Positions 1-12,330 of a DNA stretch of 64,000 nt are shown piece by piece; positions within the stretch are counted from its first letter, which is position 1, and every line of letters starts with the position of its first letter. The position numbers were made by a program, and so were the translations under genes. The stretch lies in NCBI RefSeq assembly GCF_006345805.1, contig NC_042999.1, positions 35,216,001 to 35,280,000 of the forward strand, read 5' to 3'. Origin of the DNA: Octopus sinensis. Lineage: Eukaryota. The notes beneath the pieces are model-generated. The model searched no databases. It saw only the letters and a program-made list of their open reading frames with translations, and was not told the origin of the DNA.

Positions 1-180
1 CAGCCAAACAACTGTGATTCTCCTTTATTTATGCACGACAATTGCTCATAAGCATAAATGGACGAGCAAACCTCTACTTGCTCAACACATTAGTGGCAAC
101 GGCAATATCAGATCAATAACGTAATAGAGTCATGATCCATGGAATAACTGCGGTTTTATTGGTATCTACCGCTTCATGCT

Positions 181-400
181 TTTTCTTTTATTCTTTTACT
201 TGCTTCAGTCATTTGACTGTGGCCACGCTGGGGCACCACCCCGAATGGTTTTGCTTGGACGAATCGACCCCGGAATACTTTTTAAGCCTGGTACTTATTC
301 TATCGATCTCATCTACCTGACCGCTAAGTTACAGAGACGTAGCCACACTAACACTAGTTGTCAAGCAGTGAGGGAAGGGGAAAACAAACGCAAATTCACA
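181..400 (-). mobile_element. SINE family A, 3' portion
   Basis: Reverse complement of the family A tail (GGTGCTCCAGCATGGCC..CAGTCAAATGACTGAAACAAG) seen full length at 18740-19156. Confidence 0.8.
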
Positions 401-435
<35 letters not shown>

Positions 436-439
436 ATCT

Positions 440-832
440 TTTATCTTTTACCTGTTTCAGTTATTAGATTGCAGCCATGCTGGAGCACCGCCTTGAATTT
501 TTAGTCGAATTATTCGATCCCCAGTACTTATCTTTTAAGTTTGGTACTTATTCTATTAATCTCTTAGGCCGAACCGCTAAGTTACGGGGACGTAAACACA
601 CCAACACCGGTTGTCAAGTGGTGATGAGGGACAAACACAGACACACATAAATATATACATACATATACGACGAGCTTCTTTCAGTTTCCGTCTACCAAAT
701 CCCCTCACAAAACTTTGGTCAACCCAAGGTTATAGTAGAAGACACTTGCTCAAGATTCCACGCAGTGAGACTAAACCCAAGCCAAGTGGGTGGGAAAGCA
801 AACTTCTTACCACACAGCCACTCCAGCACCTA
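440..832 (-). mobile_element. SINE family A, near full length
   Basis: tRNA-like head, TTGGGCAAGTGTCTT-like body and tail match 18740-19156 in reverse. Confidence 0.85.
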
Positions 833-912
833 TGTGTCTTGTGTTTTCGCAGAAATGAAAATAACTTCAAATTGTTCTTTTCAATCTGTATACATAAGTT
901 TATTATAGTTTA

Positions 913-1308
913 CTAGCAGTATCGCCCGGCGTTGTTCGGGTTTATAAGGGAAATAACTATATAAGCATTTTTAGAGAGTTATAGCCAAAAAATAGCAAAA
1001 AAATGCATTAAAAATGGAAAGAAAATTATGGTAATTTTTTTTTTAAATCGTTGACTCATCGTAGACATTTTTAGAGAGTTACTTCCCTTATATAATAGCG
1101 AAAAAAATGCATTAAAATGAGAAAAAATGATGGTAAATTTTTTTTAATCGTAGACTCATCGTAGACGCGCGCTAATACCCAGAAGGGCTCGATATGAATC
1201 ACGACTATAAGGTACCCGGTTTTGGTTAAACTGCACCGCAAAATGTGGGAGTAGTAGGAATCTAAATCGTAGGAGACAGACACACAACTTCTCTTTTATA
1301 TATAAAGA
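913..1308 (-). mobile_element. Non-autonomous Helitron-like element
   Basis: Minus strand starts TC, ends with hairpin CCCGAACAACGCCGGG then CTAG, inserted between A and T; second copy at 33926-34319. Confidence 0.75.
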
Positions 1309-1374
1309 TTTCTCTCTCCCTTTCCTTCCCTCTCCTTCCCTCTCTCTCTCTCTCTCTCTCTCTCTCCACACACG

Positions 1375-1413
<39 letters not shown>

Positions 1414-1952
1414 CTCACAACTAATGCACTATGAACAAAAACTCCGAGTGAAATGCCTTCATATCTCTTTCCTACCTTACTCTTTGCTAAAATATTTTTC
1501 CTTTCTTTCTCTCCTTCCATAACGAAATAATACGGCGCAAATTGATAATTGTTTGCTTCGTGCTAAAGGGATTCAACCAAATCGAAACGGTAGGTACATA
1601 CAAATATTAAGAGATTTATAATTAAAACGAAAACAAAAAGAAAATAATTAACAAAAGGTATCTGAATCATGTTGGTTAGTGTCACATGCAATTTTCTCTA
1701 TGCCTGAGGTGCAAGATATTCGGCAGAAGTTTTCCATAAAAGACTGGCTTTCAACAACCTAACAATAACCTGTCCATACACAGCGAATATGACTAGAGAA
1801 TATGATAAATGACTTGATGGAAATGGTGTACAGGTAAAACAAGTGTTTCTGGAAGAGAAAAGCATAATTAGCAGAAGGGATGCACAGTAAGTTACCAACC
1901 AATGCAAATACACATATGCTTTACAACAAAAGTAACTGATACAGTTGAAATA

Positions 1953-2556
1953 CCTATTTCTTTACTACCCACAAGGGGCTAAACACAGAGTGGACAAACA
2001 AGGACAGACAAACGGATTAAGTTGATTATATCGACCCCAGTGCGTAACTGGTACTTATTTAATCGACACCGAAAGGCTGAAAGGCAAAGTCGACCTCGGC
2101 GGAATTTGAACCCAGAACATAATGGCAGACGAAATACCTATTTCTTTACTACCCACAACGGGCTAAACACAGAGAGGACAAACAAGGACAGACAAACGGA
2201 TTAAGTTGATTATATCGACCCCAGTGCGTAACTGGTACTTATTTAATCGACACCGAAAGGCTGAAAGGCAAAGTCGACCTCGGCAGAATTTGATCTCAGA
2301 ACGTAGCGGCAGACGAAACACCTATTTCTTTACTACCCACAAGGGGCTAAACATAGAGGGGACAAACAAGGACAGATATAGGTATTAAGTCGATTACATC
2401 GACCCCAGTGCGTAACTGGTACTTAATTTATCGACCCCGAAAGGATGAAAGGCAAGGTCGACCTCGGCAAAATTTGAACTCTGAACGTAGCGGCAGACGA
2501 AATACCGCTAAGCATTTCACCCGGCGTGCTAACGATTCTGCCAGCTCGCCGCCTTC
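1953..2556 (-). mobile_element. SINE family B with two extra tandem copies (~184 bp) of its 3' part
   Basis: Matches 60364-60600; whole trimer is flanked by a 14-bp direct repeat ATACAG(T/C)TGAAATA (1939-1952, 2557-2570). Confidence 0.85.
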
Positions 2557-2619
2557 ATACAGCTGAAATATCGAGATGGAATTATAAGATGCGTGAAATT
2601 CATACCCTTTCTATTTCTC

Positions 2620-2890
2620 ACGATGTGAAAACAGTCTGAATGAGGTACACGCTCTGTAAGAAGGTGATAATACAGCATGAAAAGAATAGCTCATTCCTAT
2701 ACCGAGAAAGGTGATGTCAGGCAGTGCGAGCAAAAACATCTTAGTGAGCAAGAATTTCTTATGACACTCTGGGAAGTGCCTAACGATATCCGGAAGATAA
2801 TGTTGAGTCTACTGTCAAATATGAAGACGCTGTTCACCGCCATCCGTTTAGACATGACTGGAAGAAGCCCTGATGTTGAGAGCATTTCCA
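2620..2890 (+). pseudogene. Degenerate LINE reverse transcriptase fragment (RTE-like)
   Basis: Frameshifted LIPIPRK/KGDVRQCE resembles the RT motif IPIPKKGDxxxCxNYR; downstream VPNDIRKIMLSLLSNMKT is RT-like. Confidence 0.4.
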
Positions 2891-3130
2891 CCGTCATGTT
2901 TAAGTATAGTTGTATAGGAATTGCTTTGTTGACTCCTCCAATTCTTCAGAGAATAATGGCAATTCAAAGATGCATATTTAGTTATTACTTATCGATATGA
3001 TTGTGGAAATTACCGAGAAATTCCTTTCTCTCAATCTTAGGGAAAATTCTCGCAAAACTATAGTTGATGATTTCGTTTTGGGATTTGGTTTGCAAGATTC
3101 TTTATATGAGTTTGTGTGTTGAAGCATATT

Positions 3131-3417
3131 CTGTTGTGTCTGGGGAGAGTCATTTTCTTTTTGTGCTTTATAATGTAACACACTCACCGGTAAAATTTCC
3201 ACTTGTTTTTATTTTCCTAAAATTTTCGTTGCGTCTTGCAACCTTTTCAATAGTCTTGACTCGATAGTCTTGACTCAATAGTCAAGACTATTGAAAAGGT
3301 TACAAGACGCAACGAAAATTTTAGGAAAATAATAATAAGAAATAAGTGGAAATTTTACCGGTGAATGTGTTACATTATAAGGCACAAAAAGAAAATGACT
3401 CTCCCCAGACACAACAG
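3131..3417. mobile_element. Penelope-type pLTR inverted pair, hammerhead family F1
   Basis: Arms 3131-3261 and 3280-3417 are reverse complements; same family at 9504-9650 and 50203-51417, where it follows a GIY-YIG fragment. Confidence 0.7.
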
Positions 3418-3533
3418 TATATAGTTGATGCAGTTGCAAAGAATGTCGGAAAGAATTATTTTGAAATGATTAATTCATGTTCTACATCGGGAAAAACCAC
3501 TTGTGATAAATCGCCATCTTATAAATGTTGAAG

Positions 3534-3572
<39 letters not shown>

Positions 3573-4235
3573 GGTTTGTCTCATATATTTAAGAGGTTAA
3601 ATAAATTAAAAAAACTCAATAAAATCACCAGCTTGGCAGATCTTTGTGAATCAGAAAAATTATTTTCTTACTTTCTGTTATTGGGGAAATGTCTCAACTT
3701 TCAATTACCAAATTTCGAGAATTTTGTCTGCAATGGTTTTACCTGAGGGGAATGTAATGTCTATTACGAATGTTACTTGCGAAATGGAAACAAAGAAAAC
3801 TGTGATAAGCGAAGTCTTATGTTGCAACTTTACCTTTATCGATGTGATACAGAGATGATAAAAAAAGTATCTGAAATGTCATGAGGTGATGGTTTTCAAA
3901 ATAGCCAGAAAAATATTTAGAAACACGACAAGCATTTTTATGTATTGTAAAGTTTTCTAAAGTATGAGGTGAGCTATCAGTTAACTCTAAAGCCTGTTTT
4001 CTACTGTCATGATACAAAAGCTAGTGTGAATTATTTTAATATGATCTTACTGGTCCTTCCATATATATATTTCATGCCATCTGAACAGTGATGGCATTCT
4101 AAAGGACATGTGAAACAGAAGTTTTAATCTCCGCCTCCAACATTACGATTCATTTTTGTCCTAACGTTTCAGGTGGAATATCCAGGATGTGATAGCGAGG
4201 AGAATATATATATATATATATATATATTATATAAT

Positions 4236-4409
<174 letters not shown>

Positions 4410-4424
4410 TATATATATATATAT

Positions 4425-4655
4425 GGTGAAAGAGTACAGCTCAATAAACACTCACAACGCCCGGTCTGGGAATCGAAACCACGATCCTACGACCGCGAAT
4501 CCGCTGCCCTAACGGTTTCGATTCCCAGACCGGGCGTTGTGAGTGTGTATTGAGCGAAAACACCTTAAAAAGCTTCACGAGGCTCCGGCAGGGGGTGGTG
4601 ATCCCTGCTATACTCTTTCGCCACTCTTTCTTTCACTCTTTCTTCTGTTGGCCTG

Positions 4656-4656
<1 letters not shown>
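4425..4656. mobile_element. Two SINE family C fragments fused head to head
   Basis: 4425-4513 minus (internally deleted variant) abuts 4514-4656 plus (undeleted variant). Confidence 0.8.
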
Positions 4657-4734
<78 letters not shown>

Positions 4735-4741
4735 GTATGTA

Positions 4742-5856
4742 CAGGGGTTGAACAAGATAATGGAAACACTAGCGTCATGGCATCATCATTTTGAAAATCT
4801 ATAAAACCGTCAAAAGCTTGTTTATTTTTATGTTTTTTGCTTTATTATTAGTGTTGCTTAATATTTTGCTAAAATTGCTGTTTCTTTTCAGATATCATCA
4901 GAAAAAGGCAATTAAAATTCATTAAAATGACAAAACTCCGGAAGAAAACCAAAACTTTTAGAAAGGGACCGTCAGACTCTTACGTGAATTACTAGAAAGG
5001 ATCACAAAAATACAGCTGAAAAAATTACTGCAGTGCTTAATGACCGCCTTGAGAACCCAGTATCCACAAATACTGTTCGCCGGGAGCTACACAAAGCCGA
5101 TTTTACGGGAGGGCTGCAATCGGAAAACTACTACTTCAAAAAACGAACGTTACAAAGCATTTAGAGTGGAGTAAAAACCTACAGAAGTGGTCCCTAGAGC
5201 AATGGGAGAATGTTATTTTCTCGGACGAGTCACCCTTTACCTTATTGCCGACCACCGGCCGAGTATACGTATGAATACACCCAAAAGAAGCAATTGACCC
5301 AGACTACCTCCTTCCAAATGTTAAACACGGAGGAGGATCTATGATGATCTGGGGTGTTATATCTTGGAAACCCACTGCCTCAATGGTTTGCCTTCATGGC
5401 AGAATTAATAGTCCTGACTATTTAAGCATGCTATCTGCTCAAATTCATCCTATGGTTGCTAACTATTTCCGGAGGGAAACGCAATCTTTCAGGCTGGCAA
5501 TGCACCAATTAACACAGCTAAAGCTTTTACTGAATGGCACGAGGAACATTCTAGTGAAGTTGAACATCTTATCTGGCCACCACAGCCTTCAGATCTCAAT
5601 ATTATTAAACATTTATGGTGCATTTTAGAAAATCAAGTAAGGAATCGATATCCTCCACTATCATCACTACAAGAACTGGAGACTGTTTTAGCTGAAGAAT
5701 GGACAAAACTTCAAAGAATGGAAACAATTCAAATTTTGTACGAGTCCATACAACGTAGAATTCAAGCTGTAATTGCTGCCAAAGACGGTCCTACCCCATA
5801 TTAATATAAATTTGTTTGAAATTTTAAGGTGTTTCCATTATTTTGCCCAACCCGTG
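4742..5856 (+). mobile_element. Tc1-family DNA transposon, decayed
   Basis: ~28-bp TIRs CA(G/C)GGGTTG..CAA.ATAATGGAAACAC; degenerate transposase VIFSDES, KHGGGSMMIWG, WPPQPSDLNII, RRIQAVIAAKDGPTPY. Confidence 0.9.
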
Positions 5857-5973
5857 TGTATATATATATATGTATGTATGTATATATATATTATATATAT
5901 ATTATATATATATATATATAACATATATATACATACATACATATATATAAATACATACATACATATATATATA

Positions 5974-6124
5974 TACACACGGGTTGGGCAAAATAATGGA
6001 AACACCTTAAAATTTCAAACAAATTATATTAATATGGGGTAGGACCGTCTTTGGCAGCAATTACAGCTTGAATTCTACGTTGTATGGACTCGTACAAAAT
6101 TTGAATTGTTTCCATTCTTTGAAG
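5974..6124 (-). repeat. Inverted local copy of the Tc1 3' end
   Basis: Near-exact reverse complement of ~5710-5860 across a TA-rich microsatellite. Confidence 0.9.
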
Positions 6125-6135
6125 TATATATATAT

Positions 6136-6189
<54 letters not shown>

Positions 6190-6271
6190 ATATTATATAT
6201 ATATATTTACACACAGGTATGTTGATGCAAACAGGAAAAATAGAACTCAAAATATGAGCTTATGTACGTTC

Positions 6272-6419
6272 TTATTAATATTTAGCAGAAGTAGCAGAGT
6301 GACTCTAGAATAGAGAGCAATGTATTTATCACTAGCTCTATTAACCCCCAGGTCTTCGACTTGTAAATATTTTGGTAAGTGCCTTGAGTCAGTCTGTTAC
6401 TTTTGCTAAATATTAATAA
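6272..6419. mobile_element. Small MITE-like inverted repeat element
   Basis: 34-bp arms TTATTAATATTTAGCAGAAGTAGCAGAGTGACTC / GAGTCAGTCTGTTACTTTTGCTAAATATTAATAA with 3 mismatches. Confidence 0.55.
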
Positions 6420-6577
6420 ATGTATGTGTATGTGTGCGTGTGTGTGTTGTGTCTGTGTGTCTGTGTCTGTGTTTGTGTGTGTGTGTGTGTATGTGTGTTT
6501 GTGTGTGTGTGTTTGTGTGAAGGGAACCGAAATAACTGATGATAGATGTTGATATTTGTGTATTTGTGTCATAGGCA

Positions 6578-7052
6578 AGGCGGCGACGAGGTGGAGGCGT
6601 TAGCACGGAAAAAATGCTTAGCGGTTTTTTTTTTTGTCTCAGTTCACATGTCGCCAGAGTCGAATTTTGCCTTCGATAAAATAAATAGCCCTAACCCTGA
6701 ACCTAAACCTAACACTAACCCTAACCCTAACCCTAACCCTAACCTTAACCCTAACCCTAACCTTAACCGTCACCCTAAACCTAACCCTAACCCTAACCCT
6801 AACCCTAACCTTAACCCTAACCCTAACCTTAACCCTCACCCTAAACCTAACCCTAACCCTAACCCTAACCCTTACCCTAACCCTTACCCTAACCCTTACC
6901 CTAACCCTAACCCTAACCCTAGCCCTAACCCTAACCCTAACCCTTACCCTAACCCTAGCCCTAACCCTCACCCGTAACCCTAATCCTAACTACCAGTTGA
7001 GCACTGACTTGCCCATTCCTCAAAATTGCTGGCCTGCCAAAATTTGAACCCA
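6578..7052 (+). mobile_element. Degenerate SINE family B interrupted by telomere-like tract
   Basis: Head to GATAAAATAA before 6689; sequence resumes with TACCAGTTGAGCACTG at 6991. Confidence 0.6.
6689..6990 (-). repeat. Interstitial telomere-like (TTAGGG)n tract
   Basis: About 50 CCCTAA units with CCTTAA, CCTTAC and CCCTAG variants on the plus strand. Confidence 0.9.
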
Positions 7053-7378
7053 ATATCGGTGACAGTTACATTTTAGCGTAAAATTACAATTTCAATAAAT
7101 TTTGTGGAGGACACAGATCACGATTATGTTGATACAATTTTAAAATATTTTTCTTTTTTTGTTCAGGAAGAGAAAATCCATAAGTTGTTCAATAACTGAA
7201 CATCTTATCCGTGATCATTGCACATGATACTAGAATGAGTAACGGACCATAATGAAGAATATCATCCAGAAGATATTCTTGAATAAGTCGGAAGTTATCT
7301 AGTACACCAAAATGGCGTAAATGTTTTCGGATGTTATGTTTTAAGCATCATGGAATACGAATCTACAATTCTACAAAA

Positions 7379-7449
<71 letters not shown>

Positions 7450-7455
<6 letters not shown>

Positions 7456-7779
7456 ATCACGTGACCGACCAGACCATCAGATGTTGTTACACATTGCTGG
7501 TCACAATGCGTTCGCATTGTTTTAGCCTTCGAATGACGCCACCCCGCTGGCTAAGCGAGCAGGCCAACAGAAGAAAGAGTGGGAGAAAGAGTGGTGAAAG
7601 AGTACAGCTCAATAAACACTCACAACGCCCGGTCTGGGAATCGAAACCACGATCCTACGACTGCGAGTCCGCTGCCCTAACCACTGGGTCATTGCTCCTC
7701 CACTATATATATAGGATCGTGGTTTCGATTCCCAGACCGGGCGTTGTGACTGTTTATTGAGCTGTACTCTTTCACAACT

Positions 7780-7780
<1 letters not shown>
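7450..7780. mobile_element. SINE family C (minus, 7450-7703) plus short inverted copy (7713-7780)
   Basis: tRNA-like head, GTGATCAC tail; both copies share the same internal deletion junction TTATTGAGC|TGTACTC. Confidence 0.85.
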
Positions 7781-7814
<34 letters not shown>

Positions 7815-7989
7815 TGCCGGGTGTCAGACACCACTTTTATCGCAAATTTTCTCTTTTGACATATTACCGAAAACTCTGTCAGATTTTGTTACAAATATAT
7901 TTGAAGAATTATAATCTCAGATATGAAAGCATAAATATGAAGTTTTAAAAAAAAGTCTAAGTCAAAAGGATTTACGTAATTTATGATGC

Positions 7990-8660
7990 CTAAAAACAGT
8001 GATTTTGAGCGCATTATATTGTTTTCGACTCTATTCTTTTGTAATGTCCATCCATAATACTGTGGGTTTGTATTATAAAACATCACCTCGGAAACTGAGT
8101 ATTCCGAGGTAGTGACCACCAATATAGTTTACTTTCGTCTCCATTTTACACTTAGGAAATTAGGAATCTTTTGCATTTAACTAAGTCGTTTAATTTCATC
8201 CTGGATGGTTAGATTTCCGCTGTCAGAATGCTACCTTGTGATTTCTAAATCACCATTTCCATTCGTTGCTAGCTTAGAAAATTCGTGATGCCCATATTTC
8301 AAGCTAACGTTTTCAATTTCTACATCATGGATATTGTTATCACATGAACATTGAAAGATAAATTACTTCCTCACTTTCTCAAAATTTGTATTTTTTACAA
8401 CTTCAATATGCTTCTTTCACCAATAGATGATTTAGCATTAGCTTCAACATTATATTCCAATGAAAATACAGTGAGTTTGTCCTTGGTCATGTGTATGTCG
8501 GAAGCTGTTTACCTTACAACGTCATACTCTTCACAAACCTTTGTCTCCAAAGCACCAGCTTCTAACTCCCTTACAAGTTCCGGTTTTTGGTTCACAAATA
8601 CTGTCACAGGCTTCTTCTTTAGATTATTACTCACTCTTGAAGCAATGATATAAAATACAA
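7990..8660 (-). pseudogene. pogo/Tigger-like transposase remnant (N-terminal HTH region)
   Basis: Minus translation NNLKKKPVTVFVNQKPELVRELEAGALETKVCEEYDVVR*TASDIHMTKDKL resembles Tigger HTH_psq; stops and deletions. Confidence 0.6.
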
Positions 8661-9279
8661 GGCTGGAAATTCTTAATCAATGAAATATTTATATAAATTG
8701 CATGGCAACACAGACTGAACTGTTTCGTGTGGCGGTTCTTTTCACAGAGTTCACAGTATTACTCTACTGAACTTACTAGAAGAAACAAAAACTTTTGGAT
8801 AGTTCGATGTGACTTGATCTTGTCTTCTGAATATGTATTATTATATTTGTAAACAAAATACCACTAGACTATATGATCATTCTACAGGAACAGAATTATT
8901 ATCAAGAAAATCTGCTACAATTAATAAATTTCCATTTGAATTGACCAAGAGGGTTAATACAGTCATGCTAATCTATCGGTATAGAGTTACTGATCAGACA
9001 AAAATTATAATTCGAAGATCAGTCATACCGGTATAAAATCGCGTTTAACCAAACTAGTGACTAGGCGTATATTGAAGTAGTAAAGTCGATATTTATATTC
9101 CTTATCAGTAATTCAAAACTGTTCATAAAACAAAATCATAACAGTGAGTGATAGGGTGCACAATAAAAGTCTAATTCTGATTAGTATTATAGACACCTCA
9201 ACACAACGTGGATTTACTATAGCCTAAAGAATGTTTCGGGATGCATAATGGTCTTAATATAACATTCTTTCTAATGTTG

Positions 9280-9463
9280 GCGCAAGGTCAGCAATTTTTA
9301 AGGAGAATGGGACAAGTACATAACCGCTACTTATTTTATCGAACTCGAAAGAACTAAAAGTACAGTCGACCTCGGTGGCATTTGAACTCAGAACATTAAG
9401 AGCCAAATGAAATTCCGCTAAGCATTTTGTCAGAAGCGATAACGATTCTGCCAGCTCAATGCC
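9280..9463 (-). mobile_element. SINE family B, diverged
   Basis: GTCGACCTCGG..TTTGAACTCAGAAC..CTAAGCATTT..CTGCCAGCTC matches family B in reverse. Confidence 0.7.
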
Positions 9464-9503
9464 CAAATGGTCTTATACATTTCTACATATGTGTATATAT
9501 ACA

Positions 9504-9803
9504 CTGTTGTGTCTGGGGAGAGTCATTCTCTTTTAGTACCTTATTATTTAACACACTCACCGGTAAAATTTCCACTTATTTCGTCTTTTTATTTTCCTAA
9601 AATTTTCGTTGCGTCTTGCAACCTTTTCAATAGTCTTGACTCTGTCTGTTATTTACACTGCGTTGCCTTTTGTTTGTTTGTGCGCATGTGTGTGTGTGCG
9701 CTTGCATTTGTATGTATATATGTGTGTGTATGCATATGTATGTATGTATGTATGTATGTATGTGTGTACATCTGTAAGTACGTATATCTGTATGTACGTA
9801 TCC

Positions 9804-9840
<37 letters not shown>
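9504..9840 (-). mobile_element. Solo F1 Penelope-type pLTR with microsatellite-rich flank
   Basis: 9504-9650 nearly identical to 3131-3261; followed by the same TG/TATG region as at 50345-50570. Confidence 0.7.
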
Positions 9841-9841
<1 letters not shown>

Positions 9842-9842
<1 letters not shown>

Positions 9843-11135
9843 GAGGGGCGTTCAATAAGTAATGCCCCTGACCCACTTCCCATAGCAGCAGAGCAACGAA
9901 ACTTGGCACAGTTATTAGTCTTTTTCTACATAGGAACCACCCAGAGTTACGCATTTCTCCCATCGTTTGATGCGGCTCTGGAGACCGTTTTTGTAGAAGA
10001 ACCCAGCTTGGTCCTCCAACCTCAACGTGATTTCAGAAATCAAGGCTGCATCATCTGGGAAACGCTTTCCTTTGAAAAACAACTTCATGATTGGGAAGAG
10101 GTGAAAATCAGAGGGTGCAAGGTCAGGAAAGTAGGGGGGATGGGGAGGAGTTCATAGCCATACGCCTGTGCTTCTGATCTGGCGACAAGCGAGTTGTGGA
10201 CCGGAGCGTTGTCCTGCAGGAGGAGGATGCCTTTGCTGATCTTGCCCCGCCTCTTGATTTTGATAACTTCTCTTAATTTCCTCAAAAGTGAAGCATAATA
10301 AGCTCCTGCAATTGTGGTACCCTTTGCCAGGAAATCTGTCATCACTACTCCGTCCTGGTCCCAGAAGACTGTGAGCATGACCTTGCCAGCGGAGGGCTGC
10401 ACCCTTGCTTTCTTTGGAGGGGGTGAGTCACGGTGATTCCACTGCATTGACTGGGCTTTGGTCTCTGGATCATCGTGATGGACCCAGGTTTCATCCTGTG
10501 TAATCAGTCTTTTGAAAAATGTTGACTCATTTTCTTGGCACATCTCCAAATTCACCCACGTGCACTCGACGCGTTCTTGCTTCTGGAAAGGCGTGAGCAA
10601 CCTGGGAATCCATCTGGCAGACACCTTTTGCATATGCAAATGGTCATGAATGATAGTTTTCACAGACCCGGTACTAATCTTGACCTCATGGGCTATTTGG
10701 CGAATAATTATGCGTCGATCTTCCAAAATGGCAGCCTCAACTTGACGGACAGATGCCTCATCAATGGCAGAAGGAGGCGACCAGATCTGGGAGCTGTTTC
10801 CACAGAGTTCCGACCATGTTTGAATTCACGATGCCAGCGTTTTACAAGGTCATATGATGGGGCATCATCACCATAAGTTACTTTTCATTTCATTTCAAAA
10901 GTCTCCCGTGGTGTGCGTCCTTTCAAATACAAAAACCGGATCACTGCTCGACACTCAACAGGCTCCATTTCACACTTGACTCGGTTCAAACACCTGTAAA
11001 TCAGAAACCACAATTAATTCAGAGCTGTAATTTGCCACTTACTCTATAGAGATATAAATAATTGCACATGCAAAATTTCAGCTAGATCAAACAACTGCAA
11101 GTGGGTCAGAGGCATTACTTATTGAACGTCCCTCG
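9842..11135 (-). mobile_element. Full-length mariner (DD34D) element, 1294 bp
   Basis: 37-bp TIRs CGAGGG(G/A)CGTTCAATAAGTAATGCC(C/T)CTGACCCACTT flanked by TA on both sides. Confidence 0.95.
9915..10968 (-). pseudogene. Mariner transposase, frameshifted
   Basis: ATG at 10968 (MEPVECRAVIRFL), WIPRLL, TQDETW, QDNAPVH, C-terminal YVEKD*; frameshifts near 10880 and 10130; ORF 10085-10726 is its core. Confidence 0.9.
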
Positions 11136-11411
11136 TATATATATATATATATATTGATTACATATGTATATTGACTGATTGCTTTAGACTTCATATATAT
11201 GTATGAAGTCTAAATCTGTTCAATCAAAATATATATGTAAAAATGGTTCCACCATACATAGAGAATTACTCAATGTATCTATACTACATGTTACATTATT
11301 TATCTAATATAAACAGATTGTTTTGTTAATGATAATAAAACTTTCTATGGGTAAAACCAATTTTAGTGAAATATTACAATTAACTATTACTTCCTTGAAT
11401 GTAAAATCATC

Positions 11412-12330
11412 ATTATTATCATCATCGCCATTTAACGTCCGTTTTCCATACTGACATGAGTTAGACGACTTGACAGGAACTGGTAAGGCCAGAGGCAGCA
11501 CCAGATTCCATAGCCTGCTTTAGCTTGGTTTCTACGATTGGATGCTCTTCCTAACGCCAACCACTCCACAGAGTGTAGTGGGTGCACTTTTTGTGTGGCA
11601 CCATCACCAGTGCTTTTTAAGTAGCACCAGCACCAGTGCCTTTTTATGTGACGCCTGCACCCACACCGATGGTTTTCACGAGGCACCTAGGTTTTAGGAT
11701 GTCATTTTTGTTGTGGTGGGTGAGTCATCTTGAGTACAGGAATACAAATCATAGCTCGGTCCTCTGACATCTTCGTAAGGTTCAGTATTTTGAGATCAGC
11801 CTTCAATACTGTGACCCATGTCTTCCTCGGTTTCCCTCTTCTACAACTTCCCTCGGTACTTCTTTACACAACTGTCCTCATCCATCCGCATCATGTGACA
11901 AAACTAGCGCAGTCTCCTTTGTGGTCTATATGGCTCCTCTGTATTTGTGGCCTTTAAGGCTTCCGTACATCTTGCACATACGAACACAACTTTTTTTCTG
12001 TTAACCTTCCAACTATTCCACTGCACCACTTGTGTGTCCAGAGCTTGCACTGGGTACACCGAATGGAATTTCTACCTACATCCTTCCTACATATCGAGCA
12101 GAGCCATTTACCGGAAGGGCGAAGAGTCCTGTCCAATTCTTTGTTTACTAAGACCTTGGTCTTTGCTAAGTTTACTTTAAGACCCTTTGATTCCAGATTC
12201 TGATTCCACACCTGGAATTTCTTTTCTGATTCGGTTACCAGTTGTGCTATGAGGACAAGATCATCAGCATATAGGAGCATCCATAAATTTCCAGTCTTAT
12301 ATTCCTCTGTTATGACCTGGAGAATGATTT
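11412..12330 (-). mobile_element. 5'-truncated, internally deleted RTE-like LINE
   Basis: LLYADDLVLIA RT motif, Cys-rich CSICRKDVGRNSIRCTQCKLWTHKWC, C-terminal HMMRMDEDSCVKK, 3' UTR ending in (GAT)n. Confidence 0.85.

Noticed and set aside
6546-6977. 143-aa PN-repeat ORF and antisense RV-repeat ORF
   Set aside because: Translation of the (CCCTAA)n tract
11158-11240. Imperfect hairpin with 13-bp perfect core TTTAGACTTCATA/TATGAAGTCTAAA
   Set aside because: AT-rich, single copy here, no ribozyme core or TSD; could be a pre-miRNA-like or repeat remnant but unsupported
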